A DNA stretch of 40,923 nucleotides from contig JAPEUD010000082.1 of assembly GCA_026026165.1 (NCBI GenBank), forward strand, positions 62,001 through 102,923, written 5' to 3'. The notes under the pieces were generated by a model that saw only the letters and a list, made by a program, of their open reading frames with translations, was not told the DNA's origin and did not search any database. The position numbers and the translations under genes were made by a program. The stretch comes from Sarea resinae (lineage: Eukaryota). Below are positions 24,071-36,195 of this stretch, piece after piece (position 1 is the first letter of the stretch; each line of letters opens with the position of its first letter).

Positions 24071-25285
24071 ATGAGCGCCGCAACAACAACGAGCACCTCG
24101 GACACGGCGGTGCCCGAATACCAACGGCCTCAGCAGGACGACTACAGCCGCTCTCAACGAAGCCGGTTCCGCTTCAAATCGCGGCCGCGGTCAGCCTCCT
24201 ACGATGACGCCTCTGCATCCGCGCCCCATCGAAGCAAGCGTCACAAGTCATCTCATCCCAACGGCGGCGACCACTCTAGCTCGCATCATCACCACCGTCA
24301 CCACCGTCACCACAGCCGCAAACACCGCACAAGACCTGCCACTAATGGAGAAGAAAGAGAAGAAGGGGGAGGGCCGACAGACGACCCCTCCCTCTACGAC
24401 GACACCTACCTCCCCAACACAACGTCCCAAAACTACACAATGGATGCCGACACGGCCTTCCGGGAATCGCTCTTCGACGCGCTGGCCGACGACGAAGGCG
24501 CCGCGTTCTGGGAAGGCATCTACGGCCAACCCATCCACACGTACCCGTCGACGCGCCCCAGCGGCGGCGGCGGCCGTGATGGGGATGGCGGCCCGCGAGG
24601 TGAACTCGAGCAGATGACCGACGAGGAATATACGTCGTACGTGCGGGCGCGTATGTACGAGAAGACGCACCAGCACATCCTCGAGGAGCGGGCGGCGCGG
24701 GAAGAAGCGCGGGCCCGACAGCGCGAGGCGCGGAAGACGACCGAGAAGATGGAAAGAGAGAGGGAGGCGTGGCAGGGGATGGTAGAGGGGAGTCTGCGGC
24801 GGGGCGAAGAGAGAAGGCTCCGGAAGAAGTGGAAGGAGATCTGGTCGGCTTACCTATCGGCTTGGGAGGACGGGAGAGAACAAGAAACTCAAGAATCCAA
24901 GGCCACTTCCACTTCCACCAAGACCACTTCCACCAACGGCGACGACGACATCGATGTCAAGGATAAAATTCCCCACTGGCCCGTACAGTCCGGACGAAGA
25001 CGAGACGTCACTCACGAAACCGTCGAGGAGTTCCTACGCCACGCCCCTTCAGAAGAGGCGTCTTCCCTTAAAAACAATAACACCACCACCCCAACGCCCT
25101 CCTCACTCGCCCGCGTGCTGAAAGCCGAGCGCATCCGCTGGCACCCAGACAAGATCCAGCAGCGGTTCGGCGGCCGCGAGAACCTCTCGGAGCCGCTCAT
25201 GAAGAGCGTAACCGCCGTCTTCCAAGTCGTGGATCGTTTGTGGGGGGAGCTGAGAGCCAAAGAGGGGGCAGGAAGGGGGGAGTGA
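24071..25285 (+). CDS. NFKBIL1-like protein: Arg/Ser/His-rich N-terminus, coiled coil, C-terminal RWHPDK motif; intronless
   Basis: Conserved-looking blocks AFRESLFDALADDEGAAFWEGIYGQPIH, GELEQMTDEEYTSYVR, WPV and LKAERIRWHPDKIQQRF. Start placed at atcATG 24071; the frame is open upstream to 23816. Confidence 0.78.
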   Translation: MSAATTTSTSDTAVPEYQRPQQDDYSRSQRSRFRFKSRPRSASYDDASASAPHRSKRHKSSHPNGGDHSSSHHHHRHHRHHSRKHRTRPATNGEEREEGGGPTDDPSLYDDTYLPNTTSQNYTMDADTAFRESLFDALADDEGAAFWEGIYGQPIHTYPSTRPSGGGGRDGDGGPRGELEQMTDEEYTSYVRARMYEKTHQHILEERAAREEARARQREARKTTEKMEREREAWQGMVEGSLRRGEERRLRKKWKEIWSAYLSAWEDGREQETQESKATSTSTKTTSTNGDDDIDVKDKIPHWPVQSGRRRDVTHETVEEFLRHAPSEEASSLKNNNTTTPTPSSLARVLKAERIRWHPDKIQQRFGGRENLSEPLMKSVTAVFQVVDRLWGELRAKEGAGRGE

Positions 25286-26432
25286 GGGAGTGAGGGAGCG
25301 AGGGAGAGAATAATTGTCTCAAGGAAGGGCGCAAGGAATCAATGAACCAACGAATCAAACGACTGACTCCTGTTGACTAGAATGGCCAAGGATGGGAGCT
25401 GCTGGCCGGCTGACGGACTACCTGACTGCCTGACTGGCTGGCCAGAAACAAGATAGCATAGAGGACTATTATCATTATTATTAATATTATACCCACATAG
25501 ATATTCCACCACCATCAAAGAAAACATTTCCACAGCCTTCCACATATTCACAGGAGAGGAGAGTCTCTGATGGAAGTAAGAAATGGGAAGGGGTGCTGAT
25601 TATCCGTTCGATTGACTAATATCTTCCCTCTCTCCTTCTCCTAGATAGATAGATTTGCCCCTCTCCCCTCCCTCGCGCGGCTTGGGATTTTCGACGTTAC
25701 ATTCCAGACGTATGTCTTCCGCCTTACACTTACACTTACTTACGCTTGCCTCATTGAGTATTACCTCTTGCTGTTTTGCTACCCCTTTGACCCTACCCCA
25801 CCTACCTTACCTACCTACCTACCTCTGTTGTAAGAAGAGTGAAAGCGAAACTTTCCCTACGGCACGGTCATGGATTGGCTCATGTTCCAGATATACCGGT
25901 CCTGCTAACCTTTGTGGAGGATACGATACGTCAACGAGCGAAGAATCATTTAGGTTAGGATGCAGGTTATGATAACTGCTGGTCCTAGGCATTGATTACC
26001 GCGGTAGAAAAAAAGAAAATAAAAGTAACTCCGATTTTCCTTTCCTTGCCTTTCCTTGGCTTGCCTTGCCATGTCATGTCGTGCATTGAAGTGGCATCCT
26101 GCCTGCCCCGCATATCTGCTCGATCCATTCCTACTCCCTACCCCCGAGTCATGTCCAAATCATGTAAAAACCCACGCTTTCCCCCGGAGAAAGTAGAACA
26201 CCCTCGTCTGTCGTTTCAGTTTAATACGTCGCTCGTTCCCAGTCCGCCATGCGCCAGTGTGCCAGGTAAAGCGTGTACTCGGGATCCACATAAATTATGA
26301 CCGCAGAAGCTTTGATTGCCCGTAGAGTAAACTCCAGAAAAATGCAGAGCTGGCTAAATAGACTGACGCTGTCGAGAAGAACGCCCGAATTCGCTTATTG
26401 CATCTAGAAGAAAAGGAAGGAGGAACATCAAA

Positions 26433-29400
26433 CTAGGGACTGGTGGCTTCCATTTGGAGGGCCAGGGGATCGACATCCGAGTCGCTGGCGATGTTCGAGT
26501 CATTATCCCACTCTTCTAATCATTTCATTAGTATCGACGAATTGTGTCAACAGGATGAGTGCAGCTTACCAGATACGGCATCATCGACCTCGTCGACCAC
26601 CAACCTTGCAAGGTCCTCAATAGTTGCTGTTGGGACATCATGTCAGCGCAGACTCATGATGGTAGAGGTCGAAATTGCTTACCATCACACCGATCGAGGA
26701 CCTTTCGATCATCCAAGTCGTTCTCGTCAAAGAACTCCATACCAGCTTTCATAACTTGAATGATCTTATCGACCATCCGTGCCTCGACACTAATTTGGTT
26801 CTGAATAAACTTTGTGGTGATGTGCTTGATGCATGATGTCGTCAGGTGTCGAGCCGCAAAGTTGATGAGTTCATTGAACTGATTATCATCGCCTTGTGGA
26901 GGATAGCCGTACTGGAACAGCAGAGACTGGACCAACAGGAACACATCCTCTCTAACCGTCTCTTCCCAGTAAATCAAAAGCGGCGGTGCCCAGTACATGA
27001 TCGTGTGAAGCACAAGGCTGGAGAATGAGAATTGTCTAGGAAATCGGGGGTTCCGACATGTAAGTAAGGTCCTAAAGAAATCCAAATGCTCTCTACCTCC
27101 ATGACCGCCGATTGTCTCAATGTCTCGGGCTGTGCGCGTCACCAACTCCTTAGCCTCTGTTAAGTCAGGCGTGTTTTCGCAAAAGACAATGGCTGCTTGG
27201 AGATATGGAGCAGCAAGAGAGGCTGGGTCAATAGCGATACCGGCGGATATTGTTCGCTGGATACCGGGGCTATAGCCAAAGTCAGGCTCAGCTTCCAGAA
27301 GCACCTTGAGGATAGCTGCAGAAGCAATGCTATTTTGGTCGGTGTCTAACATCTTCGTGATAAAAGCGATGTTCTTCGTTTTCGGGACCCGATATTTCAT
27401 ATATGCCTCTTCCGCTGCAGTGAGCGGGAGTTTGTCAAAGGTGTAGTATGTCGCCCGTTCTTGGTCACTCGCAGCCGGGTCTTCCAAAAGCTCGACCTTT
27501 TCTATCAAAATCCGTAGTAGCTCGATGATTTTCGTGTACGAAGGCTTTTTCCCTTTCTCCAAAATTCGCAACAGTCGTTGATAACTAGTACTGAAGGACA
27601 GATCGTGCGCAGACCATTCCACGACAAGGAGCTCGAGACATCGCCTGAGAAAGCCTGCTCGCATTAGGAATGCCACTTCCGGTGAGCCGAATTCGGCAAT
27701 TTCGCAAAGCAAGCCAAAGTAATCGTCCCAAGAGCGGAAGCTGAGGTCGAAGTAGCCGTACAACTCATCCAAACGGCCTATTATTCCCTGGATAGCTCCA
27801 TCACTTCCTGACCACTCTCCTTCACTGAATTCATTGTCAGTCACTTCAATACCGTAGAGTTGCTGATCTTTACCCCGAAGGTATTGAAGAGCTCTGACTA
27901 CTAGTCTGGCGAATTCCTGGCGGACCTTTGGCAGCGGATTTCTCATGAGAAGGTTACGCATGGCGGCATGGTGATTAATAACCCAATCGAGCGAGATCTT
28001 GCAGCAATCTGCGCACGATCCTATGACTTTGAGGAGAAGGAACATCATGCCGTCAAAATCCGGAAGATCCTTTGTGCGTGATATGACTTGATCCACGTGC
28101 TCCAAAGCAAGCCAGATGGCCTGCTGCTCGATGCGATGGTCTTCGGAGCAAGTACCCTTGTTCAGATCACGTAGCTGGTCCAGCAGTGATTTGATGAATG
28201 GCGCATGAGCAGGATCGAATAGGCAGTATCTGCGAATGAATAGCTCATTCGCCATGGCGATGTGATTGGCCAGGTCGAGATCAACGGGCAATTTGACCGG
28301 GAAAGTTGTAGAGAGATGCATCTCAGGCGGAGTATCTACCGTCGAGACCCGCTGGTAGAACAACATATAAGCATTCCAATTTTTGTGGAAGCGAAGTTGC
28401 TGGAATCCATTAGACTGCATAAAGTCATTGAGCCCTCCGAAACACTGATCCGGTATCTTCGCTGGATCGAATTGAGAGACATCGGCATCATTGAACTCCA
28501 CCCAGGAAGGAGGAGAGGAAGAAACATCTGGTCTCTCGCGGATATAGGAGTAGTAATGACCCGATTCGGCGGTTCCACTGTGCACTAGCACTCCCACGAG
28601 CTGGAAAACATCTTCGGGCGTTGGATTCTCGGGATCACTCAAATAGTCCACCTTATATGGCTTCATATCGATTGTTGCTGGAAACTCGAAGCAATCGTTG
28701 ATTTTGCTCCGCTGCATGGAAACCAAATCAAAGTCGAAACGCTTCAAGTGAAAAATCAGATTGTCAGGAACTTCCTTCAAGCATGTCCTGGAAAGAGGTG
28801 TACATTAGCTGATGTAACGATAGAAGGCCATTGAACAACTTACCGCTTGACGGCGTCAACATGACGATTGCAAGAAGTACAAGAGTACTTGTTGTCTGGC
28901 ACAAATTAGCTTAGAGTCTTGAGCAAAGATAAGAAGTAGGTGCCTTACCTCCTTCCATAATTTCTCCTTCCACATACGCCTTCAAACTGTCCTGAAGGTT
29001 CGCTTTGCCCTTGATGTCGCATTGAATTGCAGAAAATGGCTCCTCCCGTTCGGAAATGTGGAGACACTCTTTAGACTTGACTTGTTGGACCAGTTGCCCA
29101 CCATAGAAGGACCGAAAGGTCTGCTTATCTTCTGGTGACAATATCTGTCCCTCCCATCTATCGAACAAGAGGTTATAGAATTCATCTACGTCCATCTGGA
29201 TCGTGACGTCAATCTGCTCATTATCCCAGGTCTTGATTGAATCGGCAAGACCAGTGGGATCAACAAACTTCAGCCAGCTATCTTGCATGAAGGCAAACAG
29301 CTTCTTGGTCTCAGCAAGAAGTCTTTGAGATCCCTCGCCATCAGCTATGTTGGCGTTGAGCATGAAGCTGCGAAAGGGGACATTCATAAAGAGTTGAGTA

Positions 29401-32400
29401 AAGAGAGAGTTCAAGTAGCACGTATTAGACAGGTTCTTAAGACCCGGATACCCAGTAGGGGATCGAATTGATTTCGAGCGCTCAAAATTGAAGCTGAAGA
29501 CTTCGTATCCGTAGTCTGTATAAATCAGCCATCGCTTACGGGGACGATAATTTGCGGTCGGCTTACCACGCGGGACCATCTCACTTGCCAATTCAAGGAG
29601 CTTTACGTAGCTAGATGTCTCTTGACTCAAAGACAGAACAAGGGCGTATATCTCCCGTCTAGTTTGGCTATCCAATACAGGAACGCAGGCAACCATCGGC
29701 CCCATCTCGGCATCCGGAGAAAGATCGGGGAAAAGATGAGTGGTGAAGAGATCTTGCATCAATGTGCTGTCCTTGACGTCAGCCGAAAAGTGGAAGAACA
29801 CCAGAACGATGATTTTCTTACCCAGTGTTGAGTGGTTTCTTGAAGGATTTAGCAAGCTGAATACACCAATTCAAGAGGCTGCTGAAACCCAAGACGATGA
29901 AGTCGACAGTATCACGACCGACAAACTATCTTTATTTTAGCCCTACTGTTATCTTGATAAGTCTTTTAAGCTTACCTCGTCGTGCTTATGGCTGAGAAGA
30001 AGATGACTCCAGTCCTTGGTGTATGATTCGAGATCAAGGTCATCTCGAGCATGCGCACCAACAGCTCGAAAGACAGACAGAGAGACATTAAAAAGCTGCT
30101 GGGATTGATCGGGATGCTGGACGGCTTGAGGCAGTATTTTTAAAAATATCCGCCAAAAAAATTCAGAGAATGTTTTGGGAGTGGTTTTCGTTTTCCTTTG
30201 ACTTAGTCAGCGCCATCCTTCGATTCAATCGATAGTAACAAACCTTGGAAGCTCGCTGCAGACACTAAAGATACTATGCGCAATCCCTTCTCTCAAAGCA
30301 GCCCTAGTGTCCTTGAGGAGAAGGTCTTGAAGGAGATCTTGTATATCCGGCCGTTTGCTAAAGGTGGTCCATACCGTATCACTATGCAAAGATGCCTCAA
30401 TAACGGTTTCGAAACACTGACACACGACATCGACTGGATTGCCTCCGAAACGTAGCGTTGTCTCTTTAGCTAATGTTAGCAAATTACAAAGGCAATCGAC
30501 CAGGAGAGGCTCGTTGGAAAAATAGGCTTCAGAGGTTTCTAAAGACACAGGTTCTACCAGATATTAGCCTTGAGCTCTTTCACCATTGGTCAGTGCCAGG
30601 ACTCACCTTTTAGGAAATCGAGAAGGCATTTCACAAGTCCAGCCGCAGCAAGAAATTTGAGCGGATTGTCAGTCAGACCTTCTCGCATGTTGCTGCTGGT
30701 AAGTGCCGAAACAAGCAGCCCAACACCATGTGAGATGAATCGCTCGTCTAACAAGCCCTTCGAGGAGTCAGCCATATTGCTTTTGGTTGATTGGCTGAGA
30801 ACTTGCGAACCTTTTGCAACTGTTCGCTCAGACACCATTCGAGGGTCTTCAAAGAGTAGAGGACCTTGTAAAGTTGGTCCATTGGGAAAACATCCGTCAC
30901 AGAACTCTCATTCGACATGGCCATTTTGCGGACCGTCTCGTGAGGCGCGAATGCGCTCATAAACGCATATATCTATAATGTCCTTCGTTAGCATATCCGG
31001 CACTCTGATGTCAGGTGGAATCAAACCTCAGATGCCCATTTCTCGTCAAGCCCTAGAAGGTCGTAGAACTCATCAAAATGCTTCTGCACTTCCACCTCGA
31101 GAGCTGAAAGCTCGGTCTCTGTGTGTGCATCTTGAGTGTCAGAGTCGTCTGGGAGTTTCTTGATGATGAAGAGACCCAAACTTCCAATCTTCATGTCCCG
31201 CAAATAGCGGTTAGGTTCTTTCTTGAGGTCCAGAATCTGCCCCCCTGCGATAGCTGTAAAGTTCTGGAAGCCCGTAAGCCTCGACAACTGCAAGGCAAAT
31301 TCTTGACTAGTCTCCATAGTCCCTGTTTGCATCATACTGATGTCGGTCTGAGAGCCGCCTTGAAATGCTTGATAATGTACGATCAAAGGTTCCCCCTTTA
31401 TCTCTCCGACTGGGGGGGCGGATTCTATCTCTTTTCTCCGCGAATTTATGTAGTGAGGCCTAATTCGCATACCGTGTATGATCTCTCTTAGGAATAACAG
31501 CGATCGAGTAAATCGCAGTTCTACTAGATTGACCTGTTCTTCGGGCGCGACGACAATCATTGGCTCGTCTTCTCCACTCGCTGTTCCGTCACTAAATGTC
31601 TTTAGTTCTGCAGCCGCTGAAGTCAATTGCTGGACACATCGTTCGACGAGCGCGAGATGAGTGGCTTCGACAGCAGAATGAGGAGCATTTCTAATGACTG
31701 GGGAGTCGAGATAGAATTCCACTAGTAGGCGAGTCGCGAATATCTCAATCGTCCTCCTTGGAGCGCGAAGAACAATCTGCCATAATTGTTCTGAGCCAGG
31801 AATGGTGATGATTTCGTGTTCGCTGGCCGACCGGGGTGGCGAGAGTCGAGTCTGATACTGGACAGCCTTCTGCACGAAGCTCAATAGACCGGCTGTAAAG
31901 TAAATGGGGTTCAAATGAGGGACGTAGTCGTGAATGCATCTGTCTATGAAGACATTCTGCGTCTGTAAGGAATTGGTGACATTCGACAGCAACGTCCATG
32001 CCGAGTTACGCTCCGTCTCACCGAGCGCATCATTCGCAAAAAGAGTATTCCAAAGGCGATCGCCAAGCTCTGCTGATATAGTCGTCGGTTGAAAAACAAT
32101 GACGCATGAAAGGAGTTCCAAGCGAGCGGCAATCTCTCGGTGAAAAGTACTGTCCAGAGAGTCTACTCCCCCTGTGTCTGAAACTGCATAGACGAGTTCG
32201 TCAATGAGCAATCGAGTAAGATCGAATTGCTCCGTCAGCATCTTGACGTCTTCTTGTAGCTTCTGCTTCAGTAAGATGTTAATCGCACAGATACTCCCCG
32301 TAGCGCCTTGAGCTTTAGCATCAATATCTTCCATGCAATCCTTGTATAGATGCTTTCGATTGGCTTCACTTGGACCTAATGCCAAAAGATGGGTCAGTTC

Positions 32401-34726
32401 CTCGGAAGCAAATTGAGATACTGCCTGGTTTGCTCTGGTAAGGGCTGATTGGCGAATCAATCGAACGCAAAGATTGTAAGGTGCGGTATCCAGAGGCTTA
32501 TCTTTTGGAGAATCCGCATACAGTCTCCGGATGTGATGAAGAAGTAGACGGCCAAAGTCGAGTACTTTGGCGTCGAAGGCGTCCACTGGCATTTCATCAA
32601 GCTTTCGGCATAGATGAATGAGCGAATCAAAGGGCGCCAAGTTGATGATAGTTTTGAGCATAGAGATTATGCCCCCAACAACTCGGGGGTCTTGACTCGT
32701 TGCAACGGTGTTCCAGATCGCATCGGTTTCTCGAGGAGTGTATGTATCTGTCACAACCAAAAACCCGACAATATTTGCGCTTCGTGAGATGAGCTGTGGA
32801 TGAGATGCAACTCCAACAATGTAATCCACGAGCTTGTTGTTCAGAATGAACTGGGCCAGATATCTCATGACGGGATGATTAATACCAGCATCTGTGTCCT
32901 TGTATTTGGTGTATGTCGATACGAGATCTTGCTGCATTGTCTCGATGCCTAAAACTCGCAATTCCATCCTGCCCTCGGTGATGTATTTCTTTAGGAGGAC
33001 GAATTTCCAGGCATTGCTGATCAATTCCACCAGGTCTTCTGACGCGATATCATCCGTTTGTCCCACGATATGGGTGAAGTGGCGTCGAGCAAGGCTCGGA
33101 TCTGATTGTACAATGGTCGAAAGAAGTTTTGTCATGTAAATGACCAGATCCTTGCCGTTTTCAATTGTAAGGATGGATGTTTGTTTGCCCACGCTGTCTT
33201 GTATGATGGCATCGATATTTGCAAAGAGGTCCAACGCATATCTTGGTGCGAGTCTCCACACGCTATTCGGCCCCTCTGAGTCCGGTTGGGAAGTGTTATG
33301 GACGGCCAAAGTAATCACATTCTTTGCAACATGGATCGGCGTATAGATGTAGTTCACCAATCTTGAGCAATTGCGCATCCGGTCGGACAAATAATGGGAA
33401 TACTCGGATAAGATTCGTAGGCCATTCAACGGTCCCGTAAGAAAGGCTTCTGCGATGTCTGAGATGGTTTCCACTGTGTTGACACCGTACGTTTTGATCA
33501 ATAACGACCACAGAGGAATATTCCGGTAAGTAGTTGAATATTGGAACACCGAGGTATATTTCCCAGAAACAAGGTCCGGTTCCTCGGGGTGATCTTTGTC
33601 GAGTTTCTGCAAGATTTGTATGTCTATCTGGATAAATCTTGTGGTAAGACTAGCAAAGACTCTGAAAAGTTCCGTGATGTAGCGTCGATCCTCACCACCA
33701 GAAGAAGGGGAAGAATATCGCATCAGACGATTGCCGAAAGGTATTCTACATCTGAATTAAAACCCATGCGAGCCGGACGGGGGAGGTCAAAGACGTACGA
33801 TCGGCGCAACAGAGCCTCCATCATGAGAGGGACTTCATCCCAGAAATCACGATTTTGATCGTATAAATCCCACCAGTCCCTCGGTGAATGCTCAGTCTGA
33901 AGCAGAAACCTTGAGAACCAATCGCCGAGGTCGAGCAGCATCTCTCCATTGCCAAGGTCACCTAAACGGAGGTCAGTCTTATTCATTCCTTGAAACATGA
34001 CGTCTTGATCATACCCTTTTCCAAGAGCTGAGCGATATTGGCCACGGTATCTCTCAGATCTACAGTGTCGTTCGAATACGGAAATTGGTCCATGATACCG
34101 CGCCGGCCGGCTTCCTCCAGGACATCAACTATTGGCACCCATTGTGATCCACCGCGGCCCATGTCCATGTCCTCGACCTCTGCTACTTCGATCTCGGGAC
34201 TCCGTAACATGGATGGCGAGGATGCTGTAGGATCCTCATCAATGTTCATCGGCGTGTTTGCCGGCTCCTGACCAGCCGACATGGTGGCACTGCTCGGTGA
34301 TTGTTCACTGGCTGACTGCTCTCCCCCCTGGCTCGTTTCTGCGCTTGACTCTTCGGGCACGTCGAGGTTCTGGGGAGCTCGTACATTGATTGTGACCTTG
34401 TTAGGGGTCTGCGTCAACGATGGCGGCTCCCGGTCATCGTCTTTGGACAAGTTTGGGGAACGAGGTCGTTCAAGGTGGTTGCCTGAAGCAAGCGAATTGG
34501 TATCCATCAGTTCTCCTCTGCCAGGAGCAGCCAGGATTCGGTCGGCCGACATGCTCCTCGACCCACGATCACCACTGTCAAGGCGAGGTCTCTTTCTTGT
34601 CTGCGTGGCGTCGGCGTCTTCCATAGAATCGCGACGCGAGCCACAAGGTTCGTCAGACCGCGCACGCGAAGAAGCTGTACGGTTGGCTTCTACCGAGCCA
34701 AAGGCCATGACATCGTGACTGTCCAT
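26433..34726 (-). CDS. Large ubiquitin C-terminal hydrolase (USP34/USP9-like); 14 exons: 34726-34015, 33961-33799, 33745-31027, 30972-30811, 30757-30607, 30553-30244, 30195-29976, 29925-29822, 29766-29567, 29515-28949, 28895-28844, 28787-26683, 26626-26570, 26515-26433
   Basis: Cys box GLKNLSNTCYLNS, QMDVDEFYNLLFD, LIFHLKRFDFD, His box LVGVLVHSGTAESGHYYSYIR, WVEFND, NAYMLFYQR. All 13 introns are short GT-AG and the joined exons stay in frame. Confidence 0.92.
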
Positions 34727-36195
34727 GGGGGCAAAGCGAATACAGAAGGGACGACCGAGAGCAGGAAGCCCCAGGCAGCGGCGGCTGTTCCTACCGCATG
34801 GGCATCAATCGTCGCGAGATTAAGGAAGGTGGAAATGTGAGCATGAGATGTGAAGGTGTCGATAGAGGGAGGGCAAGTGAGTAAGTAAGTCAGTGAGTGC
34901 GTGCGGAAGTGAGTAGGAGCTGACGGTGAGTGAGGTAGGCAGGTAGATGATGCAAGTGAGTAAGGTATCAATAACGAGCTGTGAATGGTGGTGGTGATTG
35001 TGATTGCTACCCGTGGACCTCTGTACTGCGTAGGAGGCAAGTATCCTGGTACGGGTATACACAGACCGTGCAATACTCAATACTAGGACGGACTCTGTAC
35101 CTTCTCTTATCCAGGTGTATGGGCAGGTACCTGATCGCCGGGAATAAAGAAGAGCGAGGAGATGATGCAGTCAGTCAGGCAGTCAGAGACAGACCGCCCA
35201 GAGGATACCGAATAGATATCTGGGATTGTTGTTTGAACAAAGTACACAGTAGTACTTCAGGCAGAAGGCAGCTTGGATGTTAGTAGGAGGTAGGCAATTG
35301 CAAGGTAAGGAAGGAAGATGTGATGGACGGTGGATGCCTTCGAGCACAACACCCGTATTCCGTGGTAGAAGGTGCTCATCCTCCGGAGTACTGTGTACAA
35401 GCTCCTGTACTAGTACAGGACCGTATCGTGGGAAGTGATGACGGCTGACTGGGGCCAATCCAAGAGGGACTCAGGACCTGTCGAGGTCACTTTCACCGCT
35501 AGAGTCACCGCCTACCTCAAGTACCTCTACCAACTGACCTCCAGCTACCTTGGTAGTAGGTACGACGAGTAAGCGCTGGAGTCTTTGCTTTTGGATGCCT
35601 ACCTCACCTAGTAAGGTAGATTACGGAGTAGAGTAGTACGGAGTATGCATCTATCACACTCCTACTCGAGTACATAGTACTCCAAATTCCAAGATCTAAA
35701 CCTTCCAGTACCAGGAGCTGCGGGGGACGAAGATAGCAGGGTTGCTCTGAAGTCTTCCACCTTGATCTCCCTCTCACCTCATTCTTTCTTTGCCAACCCT
35801 TATCGTAGAATGAAGTACTTCGTACCTGACTGGCTAATCTTATCGTCAATCACTGCAGAAGACTTTGTCCCTTTTACCTCATGAGGACCTCGATACCCTG
35901 GCTTGGTGGGCTCGAAATGGGTCCAGATACAGGTCTCTTCTTAGTACAGGGTACATATTACGGTGCCAAGCGAGAAAGCAAGCCGAAATGGAGGAATCTT
36001 CAGATCAAAATTCAGCACCTGAGTACTGCGGTAGACATCGATCAGGGTCCTAGCATCACTGACTCCGCACAAAATAATCGTGCCAAAGGTTAATACTGTC
36101 ATTAATCTTGCCAGCAGCGTCTCCTTCTCACATCCCTTGCATGACATCCATGGGCAATCACCTACCGACCTACAGGTACCTCGTCACCATCAATC

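Noticed and set aside
20300..25260. Many antisense and alternate-frame ORFs over GC-rich genes
   Set aside because: These are expected shadows of high GC3 and low-complexity coding; none carries a protein motif.
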